Source of the DNA: an uncultured Legionellaceae bacterium
GTDB taxonomy: Bacteria; Pseudomonadota; Gammaproteobacteria; UBA6186; Azoamicaceae
DNA: 47,760 nucleotides
Direction: 5' to 3'
Assembly (NCBI GenBank): GCA_964498615.1
Contig: CAZCHZ010000001.1
Coordinates: 1-47,760, forward strand
In this document: piece by piece, positions 15,053-22,802 of the stretch
How the letters are laid out: the number at the start of each line of letters is the position of its first letter
Numbering within the stretch: position 1 is the stretch's first letter
Position numbers and translations under genes: made by a program
Notes under the pieces: generated by a model
The model's database searches: none
What the model was told of the DNA's origin: nothing
What the model saw: the letters and a program-made list of their open reading frames with translations, nothing else

Positions 15053-15453
15053 AATTTATAAAGTATTAGGAATAAAAATAGTATGTAAAAAACGGATTTA
15101 AACCATGTTTTCTTGTATAGATCATAAAATATTAAGAACAATCCAAGACCATAAAAAAGAGACTGAAACAATATATAATAATTGTCATCTAATTTAAACC
15201 ATTTATCAACTAAATTTAAAATATTTATTAATACGCAAGTTAGTAAACATTTCTTAGAAAGCAGCCCCCAATTTTCAGAAAAACCGTACAAAATAACACA
15301 CATCAATAAACTACAACAAGTAAGCTCTTCCCACGCATCAAAAATTTCTTTATATAATTTGAAATAAGAAAAAACAAAGCAGATTTCGGCTTCCAATACC
15401 AAAAATAAAGGAATATATTCAACTTTGCTTTTTATTTCATTTCTTAAATTCAT
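15028..15453 (-). CDS. Polytopic membrane protein (about 4 TM)
   Basis: Four long hydrophobic stretches rich in aromatic residues. Confidence 0.55.
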   Translation of the reverse strand: MNLRNEIKSKVEYIPLFLVLEAEICFVFSYFKLYKEIFDAWEELTCCSLLMCVILYGFSENWGLLSKKCLLTCVLINILNLVDKWFKLDDNYYILFQSLFYGLGLFLIFYDLYKKTWFKSVFYILFLFLILYKLCKYIWVF

Positions 15454-15593
15454 TATGGACGCGGACGCGGTTTAGTTGATTCAATAATTAAATCAACATT
15501 TTCTGCTTTATCTAAAATCTCTTGAGCCTTGTCTAAAGCAGTTTTTTCTTCTGAAGTTTCTTCTTTTCCGATAATTCTTTGTAATTCTCCCAT
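15453..15593 (-). CDS. Hypothetical 46-aa acidic protein
   Basis: Internal ATG 15593 (MGELQRIIG...) begins 5 nt after stop 15598. The longer track ORF would overlap by 89 nt. Confidence 0.4.
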   Translation of the reverse strand: MGELQRIIGKEETSEEKTALDKAQEILDKAENVDLIIESTKPRPRP

Positions 15594-15597
15594 TTTT

Positions 15598-15825
15598 TTA
15601 TTCTGTTTGTTTATTAATTGAATCCGATATTGTTTTGTCTTTGTCTGAAGCGCTTTTTGAGTTTCCAAAATAATATTGTAGAACATTAGTCATTAAACCG
15701 ACTATTGCGATTTTTATATCGCTACTTGAGCTATTGAATAATAATCCGTATAAACCACCAACTATAATTGTCAAAGCTATAATGCCGGTAATATTTGCTT
15801 TTAAAAATGCTTCTTTGTAGCTCAT
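15598..15825 (-). CDS. Holin candidate (two TM segments, 75 aa)
   Basis: ITGIIALTIIVGGLYGLLF and IKIAIVGLMTNVLQYYFG with a charged C-terminus. Lies in the lysis cassette. Confidence 0.45.
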   Translation of the reverse strand: MSYKEAFLKANITGIIALTIIVGGLYGLLFNSSSSDIKIAIVGLMTNVLQYYFGNSKSASDKDKTISDSINKQTE

Positions 15826-16142
15826 ATTTCTAAATTTATTGAGTTTTTACAATGTTCTTTATCTATTGTATCTAGTATCCAACACAATACTTTTCCCATA
15901 TTGGATAATGTTTTGTCTCTTTGATTTTTTCCAATCGCCGAACTAATAGTTTCACACTCTTTTCCGAATTCATAACCATTTTCTTTTCGTAGAAATTTAT
16001 TCCATGTTGTCCGAAACTCTCTATTTGCAAAAATATCCATTGATAACGCTGTGCTTCTAAAATATCCTTTCTTCCAAACTACAATATAGTTGATAAAAGT
16101 CAAAGGTAATAATAAAATATACGCGATTAAAAATAGTATCAT
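15822..16142 (-). CDS. Membrane-anchored protein (N-terminal TM)
   Basis: MILFLIAYILLLPLTFINYIVVW. Confidence 0.5.
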   Translation of the reverse strand: MILFLIAYILLLPLTFINYIVVWKKGYFRSTALSMDIFANREFRTTWNKFLRKENGYEFGKECETISSAIGKNQRDKTLSNMGKVLCWILDTIDKEHCKNSINLEI

Positions 16143-16849
16143 ACCAATTCTGCTAAAATTCCTAATAATACTGTTGTTGTTGACCCTGATTGTGTTGGAA
16201 TTTCTTTGTTTAAAGTTTCCCTAACTACATAAATTCCATTTTCTTGATATGGATGATTTGCCGCAGCATCCTCTAAAATCAATTGAAATGCGTTTTTATT
16301 TCCAACAGCAATATAATCATCGATATTTGCTTTAAAAAAAGCATATAAAAAGCCAAATAACAGGGGCTGTTGACTTTTGAAATAAGTAAGAATTCTTTCT
16401 CTTTGTTCTTTTAAAATAGCTTCTTTATCGTCAACAGATAATTCAACTTGCTTTGTCCAAGTATCAATTGCATTTCCTCCAATATTAAAAAGCTTTACAA
16501 CCTTTACAACACCTTCTGAATAATTTGAATCAAGTTCAAACCAGTATTTTGTAGTTATGGACCAAATTAATTGACCATCCTTAGTATATTTTTTTTCACC
16601 TTTAAGTCCTTTATCAGAAATAGGCTCTAATCTTTTTATTCCAGGCAAATTGTCCAATTGAAGTAGCTGATGATCCATAAATTTTAATGCTGGATATTTT
16701 TCATGTAAAGCAATTTTACTGTTTACAATTTCCTGAAGTTCTTCTTCTGTTGGATCAGGAATAATGATAGTTTCATATTCACCACTTACTGGTTGAACTA
16801 AAGTTTCTTCGTAGCTTCCATCTTCTCTATAAATTCTATATTTTGTCAT
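16139..16849 (-). CDS. Hypothetical protein downstream of tail fibre (possible fibre assembly/accessory)
   Basis: Position only. ATGA-type overlap with neighbours. Confidence 0.5.
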   Translation of the reverse strand: MTKYRIYREDGSYEETLVQPVSGEYETIIIPDPTEEELQEIVNSKIALHEKYPALKFMDHQLLQLDNLPGIKRLEPISDKGLKGEKKYTKDGQLIWSITTKYWFELDSNYSEGVVKVVKLFNIGGNAIDTWTKQVELSVDDKEAILKEQRERILTYFKSQQPLLFGFLYAFFKANIDDYIAVGNKNAFQLILEDAAANHPYQENGIYVVRETLNKEIPTQSGSTTTVLLGILAELV

Positions 16850-16851
16850 AA

Positions 16852-19083
16852 TTAAAAACTATTTAGCCAAGTTGGTTTTTTAACTCCAAATCCAATTCTG
16901 CTGATTCCTAAAATATTTCTGTTTGTGCCGGCTGTCTGTATGCATCCCATCACGCTACAATGCATTATAGCAGATGATGCCGGAATGTTTGAAGTTAATG
17001 TAGTATTAAGCATTACCGTTCCATCGTGTTTTACTATTTTAACATTTACCAAAGAAGAACTAATTACTTCAATCATAAAATAATAAGGTATTTCACTACT
17101 CAATGCAGTAGAATAAGTCAATGTTGCAGAAGATGTTGATGTTCGAGTTCCAGCACTTGCCGATTTAAACAATGCTGTTGAACCTGTAATTTCCATATAA
17201 ATACCATTTGTATGGTCTGTAGGCATATTTGTTGAACTACCAAAACCCATTCTAATTAATGTATCAGCACTTGAGTTGTCATAGATACAAAAACTTCCGA
17301 AAACGGTTAATCCTGGTTGTGTTTTTATAGCAGTTCCTCCATTGGCCGAAATTGTGATATATCTATAACCCCCATTAGCGGAAGTACCAGAACTATAACA
17401 TAGGAAATTCATAAATCCTGGCAATGCCGTAGGGCTATTTATGTCATTTGCTATATTACCGCCATTTGCTGCATATCCGCCTAATGCTCCGACTATTTGA
17501 TGCGCACAATTAAATATTGAAGGATGCCATGAGCTTTGTTGAATATCTTCTCCGGCTGTTAAATCACCACTCCCTAATAAACTACTTCCGTTTACTGTTT
17601 TTATATTGGTTCCAGAAACTAAAATAGTTTGATATAAAGTATCTAAATAAGTTTTTAAATATGCTTTAAAATTTGTTAATGAAACCTTCTTTTGCTTATT
17701 ACTATCAGCACTATCTACAATTGAAAGGCTATCAGCGTCAACAGGAGTTGTTTTTCCAGTCAATCCATTAATGAATGATCCAAAGTTAACATCGGTTAAA
17801 ATAGCCTGATATGTTGTCGCTATGTTATCAATTAAGTATTTAATCTTGCCAAAAGCAGTCAATAATGTATCAGATGAGGTAAAAGTTCCTGAAGCAGCGG
17901 ATAATCCGCTTAAAACTAAAGCCAATCCTCTAGCAGGTGTCCAATATAAATTTGTACTTCCTTCAGGTAATGCATCCGTTGTTGAAGCTCCAGTTGCGTT
18001 TCCTTTTACCCAACCTTCATTAGCATCCCAAATATATTCTAATGCATCAGTTCCTGAACCAGTATCTACAATTGCATAATCACCATCATTTGATGTTGGA
18101 TGTGCTGATTGCAAATTGGCTAAACTTGTATATTTACCTTTGAATCGATCATTGTAATCGGCAGTATCTAATTTTAAATCTAACTCTGATTGAAGTCCAT
18201 TTACATTATCTATTTCAAAGTTTGTTTTACCAATGAATTCTAAAAATAATCCTGTTGTTTTTATAGCTAAAAACTCAATTACTTCGTTTGGCTGCAAAAT
18301 AAGATCTTCTTCGTTTGGAAATTTAAATTGATAAGGTAGGGATCCACCAGATGATAAATGTTCAAGCGTTATAGGGGTAGCCTGATAATTTTTAAAAGCG
18401 TATTTTTTGTTTTGATAAATAGTTGTTGTATCTAAATCAATCGTTTGAATTATTGTAACGGTCCCGGTTAAAACACATATTGCTCTTTGATCTACAAAAG
18501 AAAAATCAATAGTTCCTGAAGAGGCATCGATTATTTCTGTTTTTTCATCTTTTCTAATAAAATCAAATCCGGTAATTGGAACGTCTGGATCGCCAATAGT
18601 TGAATCTGTAACTATTACTTGAGTGATATAAATCGTATTATCCGGAATTGCCGGAGCAACTGCGATGCCTCCGCTTTCATTCCCTTGAATAGAATAAATC
18701 ACTCCATTATCGTCCGCAACAATTATATCTATTCTCGTGAAATCAGTTGCGGCAAACGGGACGCCTATTGATGTATCAGTAGAAGTCGAATAATTTACAC
18801 CGTCTATTATCCATCCTGCCGGTGGTATAGTTAAAACATTTGAAGAAATTGGTGGAATATCACCAATAAATAATAATCGATCTGTATTGCTATTCCCAAA
18901 AGCATCCATTAATTGAGAAACAGTAATACTTTCAGAAGTACCATTTCTGGAAACATGGATTTTAGAACTAGAATTTAATGATGATTGAACTGGAAGCTCA
19001 TCTATCTTTTTACCGTTTGAAATCATTGAATTAACAAGCGTAATCAACTCAAGTACTTTAGCATATACAATTTGAAAATCCAT
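16852..19083 (-). CDS. Tail fibre / receptor-binding protein
   Basis: 743 aa. The TDALPEGSTNLYWTPAR motif is typical of phage tail fibre repeats. S/T/G/N-rich, with a lectin-like C-terminal part. Confidence 0.7.
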   Translation of the reverse strand: MDFQIVYAKVLELITLVNSMISNGKKIDELPVQSSLNSSSKIHVSRNGTSESITVSQLMDAFGNSNTDRLLFIGDIPPISSNVLTIPPAGWIIDGVNYSTSTDTSIGVPFAATDFTRIDIIVADDNGVIYSIQGNESGGIAVAPAIPDNTIYITQVIVTDSTIGDPDVPITGFDFIRKDEKTEIIDASSGTIDFSFVDQRAICVLTGTVTIIQTIDLDTTTIYQNKKYAFKNYQATPITLEHLSSGGSLPYQFKFPNEEDLILQPNEVIEFLAIKTTGLFLEFIGKTNFEIDNVNGLQSELDLKLDTADYNDRFKGKYTSLANLQSAHPTSNDGDYAIVDTGSGTDALEYIWDANEGWVKGNATGASTTDALPEGSTNLYWTPARGLALVLSGLSAASGTFTSSDTLLTAFGKIKYLIDNIATTYQAILTDVNFGSFINGLTGKTTPVDADSLSIVDSADSNKQKKVSLTNFKAYLKTYLDTLYQTILVSGTNIKTVNGSSLLGSGDLTAGEDIQQSSWHPSIFNCAHQIVGALGGYAANGGNIANDINSPTALPGFMNFLCYSSGTSANGGYRYITISANGGTAIKTQPGLTVFGSFCIYDNSSADTLIRMGFGSSTNMPTDHTNGIYMEITGSTALFKSASAGTRTSTSSATLTYSTALSSEIPYYFMIEVISSSLVNVKIVKHDGTVMLNTTLTSNIPASSAIMHCSVMGCIQTAGTNRNILGISRIGFGVKKPTWLNSF

Positions 19084-19103
19084 TTTATACGATTTAATTT
19101 AAA

Positions 19104-19111
19104 CAAAAATA
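19104..19111 (-). promoter_or_regulatory. -7 box TATTTTTG upstream of the tail fibre gene
   Basis: TAnnTTTG match 20 nt upstream of ATG 19083. Confidence 0.45.
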
Positions 19112-19189
19112 AGCATTTTTTATTATTTAGAATGGATATAAATTGCGTTTTAACTTTAAAATTTAAATTGTTAGTTGTATTTTTACATT

Positions 19190-19423
19190 ATGGGATTATT
19201 TTTATGGTTGATTTTTATAGGATTTGTATTAATTCGAGGTGGTTGGATTATAGGTAAAAGTGTTGGTAATACTATATTTAATCCAGAAAATAAATCAGTT
19301 TATATTGATAAATCAGTTACAATTAATCACATTCAACATCACCATACTCACAAACATCAAAACTTAACTGTTATTGATGAAGAAACCCACAAAAGAGGAT
19401 TAGATAATTTTAACTTAAATTAA
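19190..19423 (+). CDS. Small membrane protein with His-rich tail
   Basis: MGLFLWLIFIGFVLIRGGWIIG TM, then INHIQHHHTHKHQN. ATG 19190 chosen over the track's TTG at 19175. Confidence 0.5.
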   Translation: MGLFLWLIFIGFVLIRGGWIIGKSVGNTIFNPENKSVYIDKSVTINHIQHHHTHKHQNLTVIDEETHKRGLDNFNLN

Positions 19424-19834
19424 ATGGAAGCGAAAAATTACAGGATAGGAAACTATATTCAATATAATAATGAAAACAAAAGTATTGGACAAATAACAAC
19501 TCTTGTTTCTGATTATGTTTCAGGATTGGATTATTGTCAAATTGATTTTGTTATCAACAAAAAGCATTGGTTGATTAATGTTCATCCCGTCCCATTAACA
19601 GAAGAATTATTGTTGAATATTGGGTTTAAAAAGGATAAATATAATATGTATAGTATAGAATATTATAATAAACGGGATGATATAAATTATACAGTAGAAT
19701 ACGAATTCAATCCATGTACAAAACGATTGTGTTCTTATGAAACTTGTATTGTTGGAATAGGATGTGAGTTTTTACATGAATTACAAAACTTACATTTTAC
19801 TAGAACTGGGGAAGAATTAGAATTTAAAAGTTAG
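19424..19834 (+). CDS. Hypothetical protein, member 2 of the 3-copy paralog family
   Basis: HPVPLTEELLLNIGF and FLHELQNLHFTRTGEELEF motifs. Confidence 0.7.
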   Translation: MEAKNYRIGNYIQYNNENKSIGQITTLVSDYVSGLDYCQIDFVINKKHWLINVHPVPLTEELLLNIGFKKDKYNMYSIEYYNKRDDINYTVEYEFNPCTKRLCSYETCIVGIGCEFLHELQNLHFTRTGEELEFKS

Positions 19835-19861
19835 TTGTTAGTTTTTTATAATTTGTTTGGT

Positions 19862-19895
19862 AAAGCCTAAATATTCCCGTATTTAGGCTTTTTTA
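19862..19895 (+). terminator. Rho-independent terminator
   Basis: AAAGCCTAAATA-TTCCCG-TATTTAGGCTTT followed by TTTT. Confidence 0.8.
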
Positions 19896-19969
19896 TTTAG
19901 AATAAATATAAATAACAACAATTTAGTAAATTAATTTTGAAATATAGTTTTAAATCAAAATAAAGTTTG

Positions 19970-19977
19970 TAGGTTTG
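19970..19977 (+). promoter_or_regulatory. -7 box TAGGTTTG
   Basis: TAnnTTTG match 27 nt upstream of ATG 20005. Confidence 0.4.
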
Positions 19978-20004
19978 TAGGGTAAAACTTAAACAATTAA
20001 AATC

Positions 20005-20211
20005 ATGGAAACAACAATCTTTATTTTATCAGCAGCTTTAGTTTTCTGTATTATCTATATTCGAATTCTAAAAAAAGAAAACAAGATTTTAATAACTGAA
20101 ATCTTAGAGTGTGAAAAATTAATTCCACAAATAAAAGAAACACTAAATTTACAGAAAAATTTAGCCAAAACATTTGAGGCTGGATATGATTATTTAAAAA
20201 ACAAAAATTGA
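20005..20211 (+). CDS. Small membrane protein
   Basis: N-terminal TM IFILSAALVFCIIYI plus a helical tail. Confidence 0.5.
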   Translation: METTIFILSAALVFCIIYIRILKKENKILITEILECEKLIPQIKETLNLQKNLAKTFEAGYDYLKNKN

Positions 20212-20215
20212 TATT

Positions 20216-20719
20216 ATGAAAACAACATTTACACTTTTAGCTTTAATGCTAACAACAATTTTAACAGCGCAAACAGTTGTTAATTTATCGGGAATGAATT
20301 CAGACATTATATTAGGAGAAGATTGTTCATCAAGTCAACCAATGACAGAATTTGTAGCTAATGGAGATTTGAATTTAAACGGATATACTTTGCATTTGAG
20401 AAATGCTCATTTAAAAGTAAACGGAAACATTAATGGAAATGGCTCTGTTGTAGGTTGCGGGGTAAGTAAAATATGTAAAACTGGCTCGATACAAAACAAT
20501 CCAAATATCGAACATAATCTATTAGTAGATTGTTCAGTATTGGACGTAGATTCTTTTGAATCTATTGACAGTATCCCAAAAAATATTGAATACTCACTCT
20601 ATAATTTAATGGGTCAAGAGATTTACAAAGGAAATACAAGTTTACTATACATTCCTTTGAATCAAGTTGTTATTATTAAAGTGGGTGGTTTTCAATCAAA
20701 AAAAATATTTGTAGAATAG
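20216..20719 (+). CDS. Secreted protein with T9SS type-A-like C-terminal sorting domain
   Basis: Signal peptide MKTTFTLLALMLTTILTAQ. Short Asn/Gly-rich passenger. The C-terminus IEYSLYNLMGQEIYKGNTSLLYIPLNQVVIIKVGGFQSKKIFVE resembles Por_Secre_tail motifs (..iYn.lGq.v......G.Y.ikv......kKi.v). Confidence 0.5.
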   Translation: MKTTFTLLALMLTTILTAQTVVNLSGMNSDIILGEDCSSSQPMTEFVANGDLNLNGYTLHLRNAHLKVNGNINGNGSVVGCGVSKICKTGSIQNNPNIEHNLLVDCSVLDVDSFESIDSIPKNIEYSLYNLMGQEIYKGNTSLLYIPLNQVVIIKVGGFQSKKIFVE

Positions 20720-20723
20720 CTTT

Positions 20724-20859
20724 CCTATAACGGTTCGCAACTACACGTATGTTGCGTAAAAGTATAAAACTATCTTTTGATTTAACACGAAATTGAAAGG
20801 TACAAAACCATAATTAAATTAATCACAATGTAGCAATAGCGTGTAGTTGCTGTTATAAC
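20724..20859 (+). other. Long-range inverted repeat enclosing about 93 nt of non-coding sequence (structured RNA/DNA element candidate)
   Basis: TATAAC-GGTTC-GCAACTACACG (20725..20746) pairs with CGTGTAGTTGC-T-GTTATA (20840..20857): 11+6 bp. Alternative local hairpins exist (CGCAAC/GTTGCG, GCAA/TTGC). A T7 run at 20863..20869 abuts the next ATG. Confidence 0.5.
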
Positions 20860-20869
20860 TCGTTTTTTT

Positions 20870-21085
20870 ATGAATATAGATGTAAATGATATTGTAATTG
20901 CTAATGATAAAATAGTGCAATATTTAGGAAAAGAAATGGAAAATGGTGCTGTAGTTCAAGACATACACTGCCGAAAAGAATTAATACACGTTGCTTTAAT
21001 TAAAAGAAAAGCAAATAAAGACGAAACTAAATGGTTTTTCGAAAGAACTGAAAACTCTCAATTTGTACTGCCATCGGGAAAATGA
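20870..21085 (+). CDS. Hypothetical protein
   Basis: ORF track. Confidence 0.5.
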   Translation: MNIDVNDIVIANDKIVQYLGKEMENGAVVQDIHCRKELIHVALIKRKANKDETKWFFERTENSQFVLPSGK

Positions 21086-21137
21086 GTTATAACTTATTAA
21101 TTGTAATTATCAATGTGGTAATAAAACAACAAAATAA

Positions 21138-21401
21138 ATGATAGAAGTTACCACATTATATGAATTAGGGTTTTATTTTAAAGATGTTCCTTATGGATGG
21201 AAGAATAAAAAATTATTCAGATTGCCATATCAAAAAAACAATCGTAATTATTCATTAAAAGAAATCCCTTTTTATTGTTTTAAAACAACTTTAGTTGCAA
21301 ACATTCAAAGAGAAAAATTAACAAAAAACAGACTTAAAAGCTTAACAAAAAATATAAATATTTTAATAACAACTTATGAGGCATCAGATTGCCCTTTTTA
21401 A
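21138..21401 (+). CDS. Hypothetical protein
   Basis: ORF track. Confidence 0.5.
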   Translation: MIEVTTLYELGFYFKDVPYGWKNKKLFRLPYQKNNRNYSLKEIPFYCFKTTLVANIQREKLTKNRLKSLTKNINILITTYEASDCPF

Positions 21402-21404
21402 ATT

Positions 21405-21935
21405 ATGAAAAAACTATTATTATTCGCATTTCTAGTTATCAGGATGATGGCAAATGCACAGACAGAAACAGGTCAACATTGGGGGCAACGAGATAAAGCA
21501 TGGTACCCATTTGCAACATTAGGATTTGATGCCAGAAATTGTATTGATGGATCTAAACCAACTCAAGGACGTGCCGAACTAGACTTTCAGGTAAAATTAG
21601 GTGCAAGAGCAAATCACGTAGAAGTATCTATGACTTATGAAAGATTTCAAGCAATAGATTTTCAATTCTATGGAGTAAATGTAAACTACGTTACAGAAAT
21701 AGCAAAAAACACCGATATTGCATTAGGTATTGAAGGTGGTAGCGTTGTTAGATGGGGTAATTTTAATTTTATTACGGGCGGTGCCAATCTTGAATTACGA
21801 TATGAAATTAAAAACAGTCATATCATATTAGGATTACAAGGCAATGCAAGAGTAAGACCGGATATATGGTATAAAGATGCTAAAATGCCTATAACTAAAT
21901 CAGGTTGGGTAAATGTGACTTACAAATTTAATTAG
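21405..21935 (+). CDS. Small outer-membrane beta-barrel-like protein (signal peptide)
   Basis: Signal MKKLLLFAFLVIRMMANAQ. Alternating hydrophobic/polar strands with G/Y/W/F girdles. C-terminal ...VNVTYKFN carries the terminal aromatic signature of OMPs. Confidence 0.45.
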   Translation: MKKLLLFAFLVIRMMANAQTETGQHWGQRDKAWYPFATLGFDARNCIDGSKPTQGRAELDFQVKLGARANHVEVSMTYERFQAIDFQFYGVNVNYVTEIAKNTDIALGIEGGSVVRWGNFNFITGGANLELRYEIKNSHIILGLQGNARVRPDIWYKDAKMPITKSGWVNVTYKFN

Positions 21936-21939
21936 AATT

Positions 21940-22521
21940 ATGAAAGCACTTTCAATTAAACAACCTTGGGCTACATTAATTGCTCACGGAATTAAGGATA
22001 TTGAAAATAGAACATGGAAAACTAAATTTCGTGGTCGAATTTATATTCATGCATCAGCAAAAGAGGTTCCTGATAAAGATTTCTCGTTTTCTAAAGAGCA
22101 ACATTATGTTATTCACGAAAACGCTTATGATGCGGATATATTAAATGCTGGATTAGATAAATCCGCTATCATTGGCGAAGTTGATATAATTGACTGTGTA
22201 ATCAATCATCCATCCATTTGGGCTGAGCAAACAAAAGTTATCGGACAAACTATCGAAGGAGATCCTTTATATTCCGGGAAACCGATTTACAATTGGGTTT
22301 TGGATAATGCAGTACTTTATGAAAAACCAATTTTAAACATAAAAGGCTCTTTGTCATTTTGGGAACCAAATCCAAATACTGTTTGTATGAATTGTGGTAA
22401 TGATTTTTTTGGACATGAGCCACAATATTGTTGTAATGGTAGAGATTGTGGATGTATGGGACAGCCTACCGAACCAGTAGTATGTTCTGAAAAATGCTAT
22501 AAATTAATAATGAAATCATGA
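21940..22521 (+). CDS. ASCH (PUA-like) domain protein with Cys-rich C-terminal extension
   Basis: MKALSIKQPWATLIAHGIKDIENRTWKTKFRGRIYIHA is the hallmark ASCH N-terminal block. The C-terminus is CMNCGNDFFGHEPQYCCNGRDCGCMGQPTEPVVCSEKC. Confidence 0.7.
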   Translation: MKALSIKQPWATLIAHGIKDIENRTWKTKFRGRIYIHASAKEVPDKDFSFSKEQHYVIHENAYDADILNAGLDKSAIIGEVDIIDCVINHPSIWAEQTKVIGQTIEGDPLYSGKPIYNWVLDNAVLYEKPILNIKGSLSFWEPNPNTVCMNCGNDFFGHEPQYCCNGRDCGCMGQPTEPVVCSEKCYKLIMKS

Positions 22522-22802
22522 GTAAAAAGAAAAACTATTACCAGGTTCACAAAAACAAAAAACCAAAAAAGTTAAAAAGGAAAAAACCTAATTTATTGGT
22601 TTTGAAATCCAATATTATTTCAATGCAATCATCTATTCAACATGCAATTATTGTTTCACAAAATTTTCCACAAAGTTTTAATTCAGTGAATGAGAAAACA
22701 AAATTAATATCGGATAATGTTATAAATTGTGCTAAAGCTTTAGGAAATTTACATGCCGAATATATAAAACAAAAATATTTAAATAAAAAAGCCTCGAAAT
22801 AA
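22518..22802 (+). CDS. Hypothetical basic protein
   Basis: Lys-rich N-terminus. ATGA overlap with the ASCH gene. Confidence 0.5.
   Translation: MSKKKNYYQVHKNKKPKKLKRKKPNLLVLKSNIISMQSSIQHAIIVSQNFPQSFNSVNEKTKLISDNVINCAKALGNLHAEYIKQKYLNKKASK

Noticed and set aside
16852-19083. Diversity-generating retroelement targeting the tail fibre C-terminus
   Set aside because: No reverse transcriptase ORF exists in the window, and I found no template/variable repeat pair.
19072-19257. 61-aa plus-strand ORF overlapping the tail fibre start and the divergent promoter region
   Set aside because: It overlaps the tail fibre ATG and the -7 box, is out of frame with the better-supported membrane-protein ORF starting at ATG 19190, and has antisense-like composition.
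20720-20869. tRNA gene (a GGTTCGCAA string resembles a T-loop)
   Set aside because: No acceptor, D or anticodon stems can be drawn around it, and the flanks of the putative T-loop are not complementary. No other intergenic region is long or GC-rich enough for a tRNA.
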